DNA of 64,000 nucleotides from Nemertoderma westbladi (taxonomy: Eukaryota; Animalia; Xenacoelomorpha). A program made the translations under genes and the position numbers. Below, one piece after another: positions 50,933 to 62,934 of the stretch. How positions within the stretch are numbered: position 1 is the stretch's first letter; each line of letters begins with the position of its first letter. The DNA is taken from assembly GCA_032718475.1 (NCBI GenBank), contig JAUCBJ010004292.1:1-64000 (forward strand), read 5' to 3'. The notes under the pieces are model-generated. The model did not search any database. It had not been told where the DNA came from and was given only the letters and a program-made list of their open reading frames with translations.

Positions 50933-51600
50933 GATGAGTCAAACAATAAAATAGTTTCAATGATTCCTGCTGTTCGCGTCGTCCTGCAATGATTCCTGCT
51001 GTTCGCGTCGTCCTGTATCTACATGAGTCAAACAATAAAATAGTTTCAATGATTCCTGCTGTTCGCGTCGTCCTGTATCTACTGTTTTTTCTACTTTAAT
51101 GATTCCTGCTGTTCGCGTCGTCCTGTATCTACTGTTTTTTCTACTTTAATGATTCCTGCTGTTCGCGTCGTCCTGTATCTACTGTTTTTTCTACTTTAAT
51201 GATTCCTGCTGTTCGCGTCGTCCTGTATCTACTGTTTTTTCTACTTTAATGATTCCTGCTGTTCGCGTCGTCCTGTATCTACTGTTTTTTCTACTTTAAT
51301 GATTCCTGCTGTTCGCGTCGTCCTGTATCTACTGTTTTTTCTACTTTAATGATTCCTGCTGTTCGCGTCGTCCTGTATCTACTGTTTTTTCTACTTTAAT
51401 GATTCCTGCTGTTCGCGTCGTCCTGTATCTACTGTTTTTTCTACTTTAATGATTCCTGCTGTTCGCGTCGTCCTGTATCTACTGTTTTTTCTACTTTAAT
51501 GATTCCTGCTGTTCGCGTCGTCCTGTATCTACTGTTTTTTCTACTTTAATGATTCCTGCTGTTCGCGTCGTCCTGTATCTACTGTTTTTTCTACTTTTAA
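50933..51600. repeat. 50-bp tandem repeat, about 11 identical units plus partial units
   Basis: AATGATTCCTGCTGTTCGCGTCGTCCTGTATCTACTGTTTTTTCTACTTT head-to-tail, no spacers. Confidence 0.95.
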
Positions 51601-51945
51601 TAGAATGATATGGTTATGCTATATACTATGGTTAATTGGATTTTTAGCCTATTGCATCTGCTGTAATCTTTATCCTTATTTATTTTATTTATATAAATCC
51701 CATTCAATCGTATTTAATATTTATTAAATATTCAAATATTTATTAGGTAACTAGAGAGCCGCTTAACTACATAAACCAATATTGGATATTGAGTTCCGTT
51801 TTGTAGTTCGCCTTACAGACACTAAAGTTGCAATAACTAATGGGCGGAAAAAAGTAAAATATCATTATTATATAGGAGGAGTATTATATATACGATAAAA
51901 AAAAGTAAAATATCATTATTATATAGGAGTATTATATATACGATA

Positions 51946-52174
51946 AAAAAAAGTAAGCGGAAAACACCGCTTTTTTCATTCATTTTCAATTTAGCGAAAT
52001 TCAACTATTCTGTCCGAGTGGTTGAGTTTTACACGAGTTAGCAGGTTTTTAGCACGAGCGAAGCGAGTGTTAATATGCCAACGAGTGGAAAACTCAACAC
52101 ACGAGGGCAGAATAACTGAATTTTGCTAAAAGTAAATGTGTGGAAAAAAGCGGTGTTTTCCGCTTACCTTTTTT
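51946..52174. mobile_element. Palindromic MITE-like element
   Basis: GTAAGCGGAAAACACCGCTTTTTTC / GAAAAAAGCGGTGTTTTCCGCTTAC inverted ends; the interior is also an imperfect palindrome centred on CACGAGCGAAGCGAGTG. Confidence 0.7.
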
Positions 52175-52509
52175 ATGTCAAATTTATATTGTTTTATTTG
52201 AAAAAAAAAATCAGTTAAAAAAATTAATTTAAAATTTTTTCAGAAAAAAATTATTTAAAAAAAGACATTTTTGTTAACGAATTTTCTGAAACTTTGTGAA
52301 AAAAAATAGATTATTTAATTCAATTTAAAAAATATTGGTAAGAAAAAGAGCATTTTTCAAATAAAATATCATATAAAATATCATCATATCAAAATAAAAT
52401 ATTGAGGGTGGAATTTCTTAAATTTTATTACAGTTGAAAAGAGCATCGAAGTAGAAAAGGTTTGCCAATAATTTGAGCAAAATCCATGACATACAGGCAG
52501 ATTGACAGG

Positions 52510-53536
52510 CATACAGATTACAGACAGACGGACCGACAGGTATACCGATTACAGACAGACGGACCGACAGGTATACCGATTACAGACAGACGGACCGACA
52601 GGTATACCGATTACAGACAGACGGACCGACAGGTATACAGATTACAGACAGACGGACCGACAGTTATACCGATTACAGACAGACGGACCGACAGGTATAC
52701 CGATTACAGACAGACGGACCGACAGGTATACCGATTACAGACAGACGGACCGACAGGTATACCGATTACAGACAGACGGACCGACAGGTATACAGATTAC
52801 AGACAGACGGACCGACAGGTATACCGATTACAGACAGACGGACCGACAGGTATACCGATTACAGACAGACGGACCGACAGGTATACCGATTACAGACAGA
52901 CGGACCGACAGGTATACCGATTACAGACAGACGGACCGACAGGTATACCGATTACAGACAGACGGACCGACAGGTATACAGATTACAGACAGACGGACCG
53001 ACAGGTATACCGATTACAGACAGGCGGACCGACAGGTATACCGATTACAGACAGACGGACCGACAGGTATACCGATTACAGACAGACGGACCGACAGGTA
53101 TACCGATTACAGACAGACGGACCGACAGGTATACCGATTACAGACAGACGGACCGACAGGTATACAGATTACACACAGACGGACCGACAGGTATACCGAT
53201 TACAGACAGACGGACCGACAGGTATACCGATTACAGACAGACGGACCGACAGGTATACCGATTACAGACAGACGGACCGACATGTATACCGATTACAGAC
53301 AGACGGACCGACAGGTATACCGATTACAGACAGACGGACCGACAGGTATACCGATTACAGACAGACGGACCGACAGGTATACCGATTACAGACAGACGGA
53401 CCGACAGGTATACCGATTACAGACAGACGGACCGACAGGTATACCGATTACAGACAGACGGACCGACAGGTATACCGATTACAGACAGACGGACCGACAG
53501 GTATACCGATTACAGACAGACGGACCGACAGGCATA
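52510..53536. repeat. 26-bp tandem repeat, about 39 units, probably the expanded microsatellite region of a HINE/DINE-like element
   Basis: GATTACAGACAGACGGACCGACAGGTATACC pattern; preceded by ATTTGAGCAAAATCCAT, which also occurs at ~42626. Confidence 0.9.
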
Positions 53537-53650
53537 CATACAGATACCGCCACCGCGCCATGAAATTGATAAACTGACAACGGCAATTAAATCACCGAAA
53601 ATTAAATATATATATATAAATATAAATATTTTTGGGTTTCTTTACTTTAG

Positions 53651-53868
53651 GTCTAACAATGTCTAAGATAAACAGGGACAACTGTTCAATCTGCGACAAG
53701 GACTCATCGTGGTTGAGACAGAATCCCAGCCAATCACCGGCCATGTGTAGAGTTCTACTGCGGCTCGAAAAATGTGTGGAAGACCTCGAGAAAACAGAAT
53801 GCCGCGCCAATCTGCAGCTACAACAGATGAAGACCTTCACTCGGGTCATTCGTTCTCACACGTTGAAG
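53651..53868 (+). CDS. RGM: RGM-family gene exon (N-terminal Cys-rich domain)
   Basis: Acceptor TTTACTTTAG, donor AAG|GTAAAT; NCSIC..AMCRVLLRLEKCVEDLEKTECRANLQ resembles the RGM_N cysteine pattern (C..L..Y..C...CRGDL). Confidence 0.8.
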
Positions 53869-54093
53869 GTAAATTAATAATGTAACTCACAGACCCCTAA
53901 TCGACATTTAATGGGAACATAAAGTTGTAAGAGTTACCGGTATAATAAAATATTACGCTGATATATTGTAACAAACTATATAATGATTGGGAGACTATAT
54001 ATATATGATATATATATATATGTGTATGTATATGTAACAAACTATATAATACTTATATGATGTAGTTTATTACTGTTACTTAATGTATTCTAG

Positions 54094-54351
54094 AACTGTA
54101 CTAGGAAGGCGGACACATCGGTATCTTCCATTGTCTCTACCACACCGGCTCCCAACAGATGTAATCTGTTCTACGATTCTCGCTCCGCCGGTAAATCCTT
54201 CTGCATGGTTTTTGGTGATCCACATCTAATACCTTTTGTTGGAGAGCCGACCACCTGTCTCGTAAAGGGAGCTCGACCTCTTGTTAGAAACAATTACCTC
54301 TCGGTGCAGCTACTCAATGTTGAGTTGGGTGGAGGTACAGTGACGTCAGAG
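54094..54351 (+). CDS. RGM: RGM-family gene exon containing the GDPH autocleavage motif (vWD-like domain start)
   Basis: FCMVFGDPHLIPFVGEPTTCLVKGARPLVRNNYLSVQLLNV versus vertebrate RGM [36 protein letters not shown]; acceptor TTCTAG and donor GAG|GTTAGT, both phase 0. Confidence 0.92.
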
Positions 54352-57075
54352 GTTAGTAACTCAGTTAATATGAACATCTACTCAATGTGGTAGAGTTGGG
54401 TGGTGGTACAGTGACGTCAGAGGTCAGTAACTCCGTTAATATGAACAGCTACTCAATGTGGTAGAGGTGGGTGGTGGGACAGTGACGTCAGAGGTTAGTA
54501 ACTCAGTTAATATGAACAGCTACTCAATGTGGAGTTGGGTGGTGGTACAGTGACGTCAGAGGTTAGTAACTCAGTTAATATGAACATCTACTCAATGTGG
54601 AGTTGGGTGGAGGTACAGTGACGTCAGAGGTTAGTAACTCCGTTAATATGAACAGCTACTCAATGTGGAGTTGGGTGGTGGTACAGTGACGTCAGAGGTT
54701 AGTAACTCAGTTAATATGAACAGCTACTCAATGTGGAGTTGGGTGGTGGTACAGTGACGTCAGAGGTTAGTAACTCAGTTAATATGAACAGCTACTCAAT
54801 GTGGTAGAGTTGGGTGGTGGTACAGTGACGTCAGAGGTTAGTAACTCCGTTAATATGAACAGCTACTCAATGTGGTAGAGTTGGGTGGTGGTACAGTGAC
54901 GTCAGAGGTTAGTAACTCAGTTAATATGAACAGCTACTCAATGTGGTAGAGTTGGGTGGTGGTACAGTGACGTCAGAGGTTAGTAACTCCGTTAATATGA
55001 ACAGCTACTCAATGTGGTAGAGTTGGGTGGAGGTACAGTGACGTCAGAGGTTAGTAACTCCGTTAATATGAACAGCTACTCAATGTGGAGTTGGGTGGTG
55101 GTACAGTGACGTCAGAGGTTAGTAACTCAGTTAATATGAACAGCTACTCAATGTGGAGTTGGGTGGTGGTACAGTGACGTCAGAGGTTAGTAACTCAGTT
55201 AATATGAACAGCTACTCAATGTGGTAGAGTTGGGTGGTGGTACAGTGACGTCAGAGGTTAGTAACTCCGTTAATATGAACAGCTACTCAATGTGGTAGAG
55301 TTGGGTGGTGGTACAGTGACGTCAGAGGTTAGTAACTCCGTTAATATGAACAGCTACTCAATGTGGAGTTGGGTGGTGGTACAGTGACGTCAGAGGTTAG
55401 TAACTCAGTTAATATGAACATCTACTCAATGTGGTAGAGTTGGGTGGTGGTACAGTGACGTCAGAGGTTAGTAACTCAGTTAATATGAACAGCTACTCAA
55501 TGTGGTAGGTTGGGTGGAGGTACAGTGACGTCAGAGGTTAGTAACTCAGTTAATATGAACAGCTACTCAATGTTGAGTTGGGTGGAGGTACAGTGACGTC
55601 AGAGGTTAGTAACTCAGTTAATATGAACAGCTACTCAATGTGGAGTTGGGTGGTGGTACAGTGACGTCAGAGGTTAGTAACTCAGTTAATATGAACATCT
55701 ACTCAATGTGGTAGAGTTGGGTGGTGGTACAGTGACGTCAGAGGTTAGTAACTCAGTTAATATGAACAGCTACTCAATGTGGAGTTGGGTGGTGGTACAG
55801 TGACGTCAGAGGTTAGTAACTCAGTTAATATGAACAGCTACTCAATGTGGTAGAGTTGGGTGGTGGTACAGTGACGTCAGAGGTTAGTAACTCAGTTAAT
55901 ATGAACAGCTACTCAATGTGGAGTTGGGTGGTGGTACAGTGACGTCAGAGGTTAGTAACTCAGTTAATATGAACAGCTACTCAATGTGGAGTTGGGTGGT
56001 GGTACAGTGACGTCAGAGGTTAGTAACTCAGTTAATATGAACAGCTACTCAATGTGGAGTTGGGTGGAGGTACAGTGACGTCAGAGGTTAGTAACTCAGT
56101 TAATATGAACATCTACTCAATGTGGTAGAGTTGGGTGGTGGTACAGTGACGTCAGAGGTTAGTAACTCAGTTAATATGAACAGCTACTCAATGTGGAGTT
56201 GGGTGGTGGTACAGTGACGTCAGAGGTTAGTAACTCAGTTAATATGAACAGCTACTCAATGTGGTAGAGTTGGGTGGTGGTACAGTGACGTCAGAGGTTA
56301 GTAACTCCGTTAATATGAACAGCTACTCAATGTGGTAGAGTTGGGTGGTGGTACAGTGACGTCAGAGGTTAGTAACTCAGTTAATATGAACAGCTACTCA
56401 ATGTGGTAGAGTTGGGTGGAGGTACAGTGACGTCAGAGGTTAGTAACTCAGTTAATATGAACATCTACTCAATGTGGAGTTGGGTGGTGGTACAGTGACG
56501 TCAGAGGTTATTAACTCAGTTAATATGAACATCTACTCACTGTGGTAGAGTTGGGTGGAGGTACAGTGACGTCAGAGGTTAGTAACTCAGTTAATATGAA
56601 CATCTACTCAATGTGGTAGAGTTGGGTGGAGGTACAGTGACGTCAGAGGTTAGTAACTCAGTTAATATGAACAGCTACTCAATGTGGTAGAGTTGGGTGG
56701 TGGTACAGTGACGTCAGAGGTTAGTAACTCAGTTAATATGAACATCTACTCAATGTGGAGTTGGGTGGTGGTACAGTGACGTCAGAGGTTAGTAACTCAG
56801 TTAATATGAACATCTACTCAATGTGGAGTTGGGTGGTGGTACAGTGACGTCAGAGGTTAGTAACTCAGTTAATATGAACAGCTACTCAATGTGGAGTTGG
56901 GTGGTGGTACAGTGACGTCAGAGGTTAGTAACTCAGTTAATATGAACAGCTACTCAATGTGGAGTTGGGTGGTGGTACAGTGACGTCAGAGGTTAGTAAC
57001 TCAGTTAATATGAACAGCTACTCAATGTGGAGTTGGGTGGTGGTACAGTGACGTCAGAGGTTAGTAACTCAGTTA

Positions 57076-57113
<38 letters not shown>

Positions 57114-60100
57114 CCAGGCCTGGAGGCCCATAATTAACATAAATTACAAATTACAATAATATAATTATTAGATCACAGCACAATTTAATAGTAAAATATA
57201 CGTATAATGAATAGAGTCTATTTCAAAGTTCTAAAAATCCATATTTATCATTTCCCGTATTCTGCTTGAAGGGGCTGTCACTTCCGATATTGTTTGCACT
57301 AAAATATTTGTAGAACTTTCGATGCGTGACCATAGTGATCGAATCGCGTTATACCGTACGTGAATGAATTTGCACAAGTTAAGCTCGCCAAACATTAGCG
57401 ATACACTGCAGTCATATTTATACCCAAATAATTTCCAGCTATATTGTTATAACCCACTCTAAATTTGTTGTATAATCTTGCGTCAAAATTGCGGCGAGCC
57501 CATAATGAGTTACAATAGAATTGTGAACAGAAAGCTAAAAATAGTTTCCGTTTTACATTAATCGAGCAGACACCAAATTTCCTAATTAACATATTGCCAC
57601 GTCTATAAAGTGCATGTAACTGATTGATAATGTCATGCCCGTCATCTGTGGAAGCATGAATAATATGGCCTAGATACTTAAATTGATCTACTTGTTCTAA
57701 CATAACACCATTTATATTAAATTTTGTTGTTACAATAGTTGTATTCGATTTCGGCACAAAACACATTAATTTGGACTTTTTCACGTTAATCTTGATTGAA
57801 TGTAATTTTGTATAGTCCTCAAATATACGTAATAGCTTATTCATGCCATATGCGGAGTTTGATAACACCGTGAGATCGTCCGCATACATGCAATGGTTCG
57901 CCCTATGATTACCAATTTGACAACCTACATTGGTAGCATCAAATTCTAAGCTTAAATCATATAAATAAACATTATAAAATAAAGGGGAAAGAATTCCACC
58001 CTGTTTAGTACCATTAGTAACAAAAAATGGGATGGAATGGAAACCCCCCCCCATCTCACGCTTATACACTGAAAACGATACCAATAAACCATAACACGAA
58101 CTAAATACAACGGCACTTTCCGTTCAATCAATTTACTAAAAAGTTTATAATGATTTACGAGGTCAAAAGCCTTGGATGAGTCTAAAAAGCACACATATAT
58201 AGGGCTGTCATTATCTAGGTAAAATTTTATAATTTCCTTTAGAGTGTATATGGCTAGCTCCGTGCCCAACTCCTTTTTAAAACCGAATTGTGAGTCCGTT
58301 GTGTATAGGTAATCTGATATTTTATCTAAATATACATGCTCCAGCAATTTGCTAGATATAGTGGAAAGAATAATTCCACGATAATTATCGCCGTCCGTGA
58401 TGTCGCCATTTCTATCTTTAACTAACGGTATCAAATCAGAAACTATACACTCTGGAGGCATTGAACCATGAATATTAATAAACGTATAAATATTTGCTAA
58501 ATGTACGGTCAAATTATGAACAAGTCAAAATATGAACAGCTACTCAATGTGGTAGAGTTGGGTGGTGGTGCAGTGACGTCAGAGGTCAGTAACTCCGTTA
58601 ATATGAACATCTACTCAATGTGGTAGAGGTGGGTGGAGGTACAGTGACGTCAGAGGTTAGTAACTCAGTTAATATGAACAGCTACTCAATGTGGTAGAGT
58701 TGGGTGGAGGTACAGTGACGTCAGAGGTTAGTAACTCAGTTAATATGAACAGCTACTCAATGTGGAGTTGGGTGGTGGTACAGTGACGTCAGAGGTTAGT
58801 AACTCAGTTAATATGAACAGCTACTCAATGTGGTAGAGTTGGGTGGAGGTACAGTGACGTCAGAGGTTAGTAACTCAGTTAATATGAACAGCTACTCAAT
58901 GTGGAGTTGGGTGGTGGTACAGTGACGTCAGAGGTTAGTAACTCAGTTAATATGAACAGCTACTCAATGTGGTAGAGTTGGGTGGTGGTGCAGTGACGTC
59001 AGAGGTTAGTAACTCAGTTAATATGAACATCTACTCAATGTGGAGTTGGGTGGAGGTACAGTGACGTCAGAGGTTAGTAACTCCGTTAATATGAACAGCT
59101 ACTCAATGTGGAGTTGGGTGGTGGTACAGTGACGTCAGAGGTTAGTAACTCAGTTAATATGAACAGCTACTCAATGTGGTAGAGTTGGGTGGTGGTACAG
59201 TGACGTCAGAGGTTAGTAACTCAGTTAATATGAACAGCTACTCAATGTGGAGTTGGGTGGTGGTACAGTGACGTCAGAGGTTAGTAACTCAGTTAATATG
59301 AACAGCTACTCAATGTGGTAGAGTTGGGTGGTGGTACAGTGACGTCAGAGGTTAGTAACTCAGTTAATATGAACAGCTACTCAATGTGGTAGAGTTGGGT
59401 GGTGGTACAGTGACGTCAGAGGTTAGTAACTCCGTTAATATGAACAGCTACTCAATGTTGAGTTGGGTGGAGGTACAGTGACGTCAGAGGTTAGTAACTC
59501 AGTTAATATGCACAGCTACTCAATGTGGTAGAGTTGGGTGGTGGTACAGTGACGTCAGAGGTTAGTAACTCAGTTAATATGAACAGCTACTCAATGTGGT
59601 AGAGTTGGGTGGAGGTACAGTGACGTCAGAGGTTAGTAACTCAGTTAATATGAACAGCTACTCAATGTGGTAGAGTTGGGTGGTGGTACAGTGACGTCAG
59701 AGGTTAGTAACTCCGTTAATATGAACAGCTACTCAATGTTGAGTTGGGTGGAGGTACAGTGACGTCAGAGGTTAGTAACTCAGTTAATATGCACAGCTAC
59801 TCAATGTGGTAGAGTTGGGTGGTGGTACAGTGACGTCAGAGGTTAGTAACTCAGTTAATATGAACAGCTACTCAATGTGGTAGAGTTGGGTGGAGGTACA
59901 GTGACGTCAGAGGTTAGTAACTCAGTTAATATGAACAGCTATTCAATGTGGTAGAGTTGGGTGGAGGTACAGTGACGTCAGAGGTTAGTAACTCCGTTAA
60001 TATGAACAGCTACTCAATGTGGTAGAGTTGGGTGGAGGTACAGTGACGTCAGAGGTTAGTAACTCAGTTAATATGAACAGCTACTCAATGTGGTAGAGTT

Positions 60101-62622
60101 GGGTGGTGGTACAGTGACGTCAGAGGTTAGTAACTCAGTTAATATGAACAGCTACTCAATGTGGAGTTGGGTGGAGGTACAGTGACGTCAGAGGTTAGTA
60201 ACTCAGTTAATATGAACATCTACTCAATGTGGAGTTGGGTGGTGGTACAGTGACGTCAGAAGTTAGTAACTCAGTTAATATGAACAGCTACTCAATGTGG
60301 TAGAGTTGGGTGGAGGTACAGTGACGTCAGAGGTTAGTAACTCAGTTAATATGAACAGCTACTCAATGTGGTAGAGTTGGGTGGAGGTACAGTGACGTCA
60401 GAGGTTAGTAACTCAGTTAATATGAACATCTACTCAATGTGGAGTTGGGTGGAGGTACAGTGACGTCAGAGGTTAGTAACTCAGTTAATATGAACATCTA
60501 CTCAATGTGGAGTTGGGTGGTGGTACAGTGACGTCAGAAGTTAGTAACTCAGTTAATATGAACAGCTACTCAATGTGGTAGAGTTGGGTGGAGGTACAGT
60601 GACGTCAGAGGTTAGTAACTCAGTTAATATGAACATCTACTCAATGTGGAGTTGGGTGGTGGTACAGTGACGTCAGAAGTTAGTAACTCAGTTAATATGA
60701 ACAGCTACTCAATGTGGTAGAGTTGGGTGGAGGTACAGTGACGTCAGAGGTTAGTAACTCAGTTAATATGAACAGCTACTCAATGTGGTAGAGTTGGGTG
60801 GAGGTACAGTGACGTCAGAGGTTAGTAACTCAGTTAATATGAACAGCTATTCAATGTGGTAGAGTTGGGTGGAGGTACAGTGACGTCAGAGGTTAGTAAC
60901 TCCGTTAATATGAACAGCTACTCAATGTGGTAGAGTTGGGTGGAGGTACAGTGACGTCAGAGGTTAGTAACTCAGTTAATATGAACAGCTACTCAATGTG
61001 GTAGAGTTGGGTGGTGGTACAGTGACGTCAGAGGTTAGTAACTCAGTTAATATGAACAGCTACTCAATGTGGAGTTGGGTGGAGGTACAGTGACGTCAGA
61101 GGTTAGTAACTCAGTTAATATGAACATCTACTCAATGTGGAGTTGGGTGGTGGTACAGTGACGTCAGAAGTTAGTAACTCAGTTAATATGAACAGCTACT
61201 CAATGTGGTAGAGTTGGGTGGAGGTACAGTGACGTCAGAGGTTAGTAACTCAGTTAATATGAACATCTACTCAATGTGGAGTTGGGTGGTGGTACAGTGA
61301 CGTCAGAGGTTAGTAACTCAGTTAATATGAACAGCTACTCAATGTGGAGTTGGGTGGTGGTACAGTGACGTCAGAGGTTAGTAACTCAGTTAATATGAAC
61401 AGCTACTCAATGTGGTAGAGTTGGGTGGTGGTACAGTGACGTCAGAGGTTAGTAACTCAGTTAATATGAACAGCTACTCAATGTGGAGTTGGGTGGTGGT
61501 ACAGTGACGTCAGAGGTTAGTAACTCAGTTAATATGAACAGCTACTCAATGTGGTAGAGTTGGGTGGTGGTACAGTGACGTCAGAGGTTAGTAACTCAGT
61601 TAATATGAACAGCTACTCAATGTGGAGTTGGGTGGTGGTACAGTGACGTCAGAGGTTAGTAACTCAGTTAATATGAACAGCTACTCAATGTGGTAGAGTT
61701 GGGTGGTGGTACAGTGACGTCGTCAGAGGTTAGTAACTCCGTTAATATGAACAGCTACTCAATGTGGTAGAGTCGGGTGGTGGTACAGTGACGTCAGAGG
61801 TTAGTAACTCAGTTAATATGAACAGCTACTCAATGTGGTAGAGTTGGGTGGTGGTACAGTGACGTCAGAGGTTAGTAACTCCGTTAATATGAACAGCTAC
61901 TCAATGTGGTAGAGTTGGGTGGAGGTACAGTGACGTCAGAGGTTAGTAACTCAGTTAATATGAACAGCTACTCAATGTGGAGTTCGGTGGAGGTACAGTG
62001 ACGTCAGAGGTTAGTAACTCAGTTAATATGAACATCTACTCAATGTGGAGTTGGGTGGAGGTACAGTGACGTCAGAGGTTAGTAACTCAGTTAATATGAA
62101 CAGCTACTCAATGTGGAGTTGGGTGGTGGTACAGTGACGTCAGAGGTTAGTAACTCAGTTAATATGAACAGCTACTCAATGTGGTAGAGTTGGGTGGTGG
62201 TACAGTGACGTCAGAGGTTAGTAACTCAGTTAATATGAACAGCTACTCAATGTGGAGTTGGGTGGTGGTACAGTGACGTCAGAGGTTAGTAACTCAGTTA
62301 ATATGAACATCTACTCAATGTGGTAGAGTTGGGTGGTGGTACAGTGACGTCAGAGGTTAGTAACTCAGTTAATATGAACAGCTACTCAATGTGGTAGAGT
62401 TGGGTGGTGGTACAGTGACGTCAGAGGTTAGTAACTCAGTTAATATGAACATCTACTCAATGTGGAGTTGGGTGGAGGTACAGTGACGTCAGAGGTTATT
62501 AACTCAGTTAATATGAACAGCTACTCAATGTGGAGTTGGGTGGTGGTACAGTGACGTCAGAGGTTAGTAACTCAGTTAATATGCACAGCTACTCAATGTG
62601 GTAGAGTTGGGTGGTGGTACAG
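54307..62622 (+). repeat. 68/71-bp tandem array derived from the RGM exon end plus 5' splice site, about 95-100 units, interrupted by a LINE
   Basis: Unit CAGCTACTCAATGTGG(TAG)AGTTGGGTGGTGGTACAGTGACGTCAGAG|GTTAGTAACTCAGTTAATATGAA; the first unit overlaps the coding exon. Confidence 0.95.
57079..58515 (-). mobile_element. 5'-truncated RTE-X-like LINE with poly(A) tail, inserted in the intronic array
   Basis: T-run at 57079-57110; NYRGIIL, QFGFKK, FLDSSKAFD, KQGGILSP, MYADD, FKYLGH; frameshift near the poly-G at ~58045; possible short TSD AATAT. Confidence 0.88.
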
Positions 62623-62681
62623 TATAGGTAACAGTTACATACGTCCGTTCCCTAGGTAACAGTTATATTCCCGTTCCCTAG

Positions 62682-62876
62682 GTAACAGTTACATTCCACG
62701 CTCGGGAGGGCTGCAACGACGAACAGACATACCAAGGAGGGATAGATAACTTACCCGGCGCCTTTATAAACGGAGCCAAGGATGTTGAGGGGTTTATAAT
62801 CACGAGGAACAAGGGACCAATAACAACCGTCGTTATAGAGTCGATGTTTATCGAAACTAGAGTGTCATTGAGACAG
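62682..62876 (+). CDS. RGM: RGM-family gene exon (vWD-like domain, continued)
   Basis: VTVTFHAREGCNDEQTYQGGIDNLPGAFING...FIETRVSLRQ versus vertebrate ITIIFK..ECTDQKVYQA..DDLPAAFVDG...YIGTTVFVRQ; acceptor CCCTAG, donor CAG|GTAGGT; 65 codons; absent from the ORF track. Confidence 0.9.
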
Positions 62877-62934
62877 GTAGGTGAATTCTACTGTCACCAT
62901 ATGTACGGGTCCTCTTAAACGGTGGATTATACTT

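Noticed and set aside
50933-51600. CRISPR-like array
   Set aside because: Units are head-to-tail identical with no unique spacers, there are no cas genes, and the context is eukaryotic; the same applies to the 68/71-bp array.
52486-53577. 350-363 aa repetitive ORFs
   Set aside because: Translations of a 26-bp tandem repeat cycling through frames; no unique coding context.
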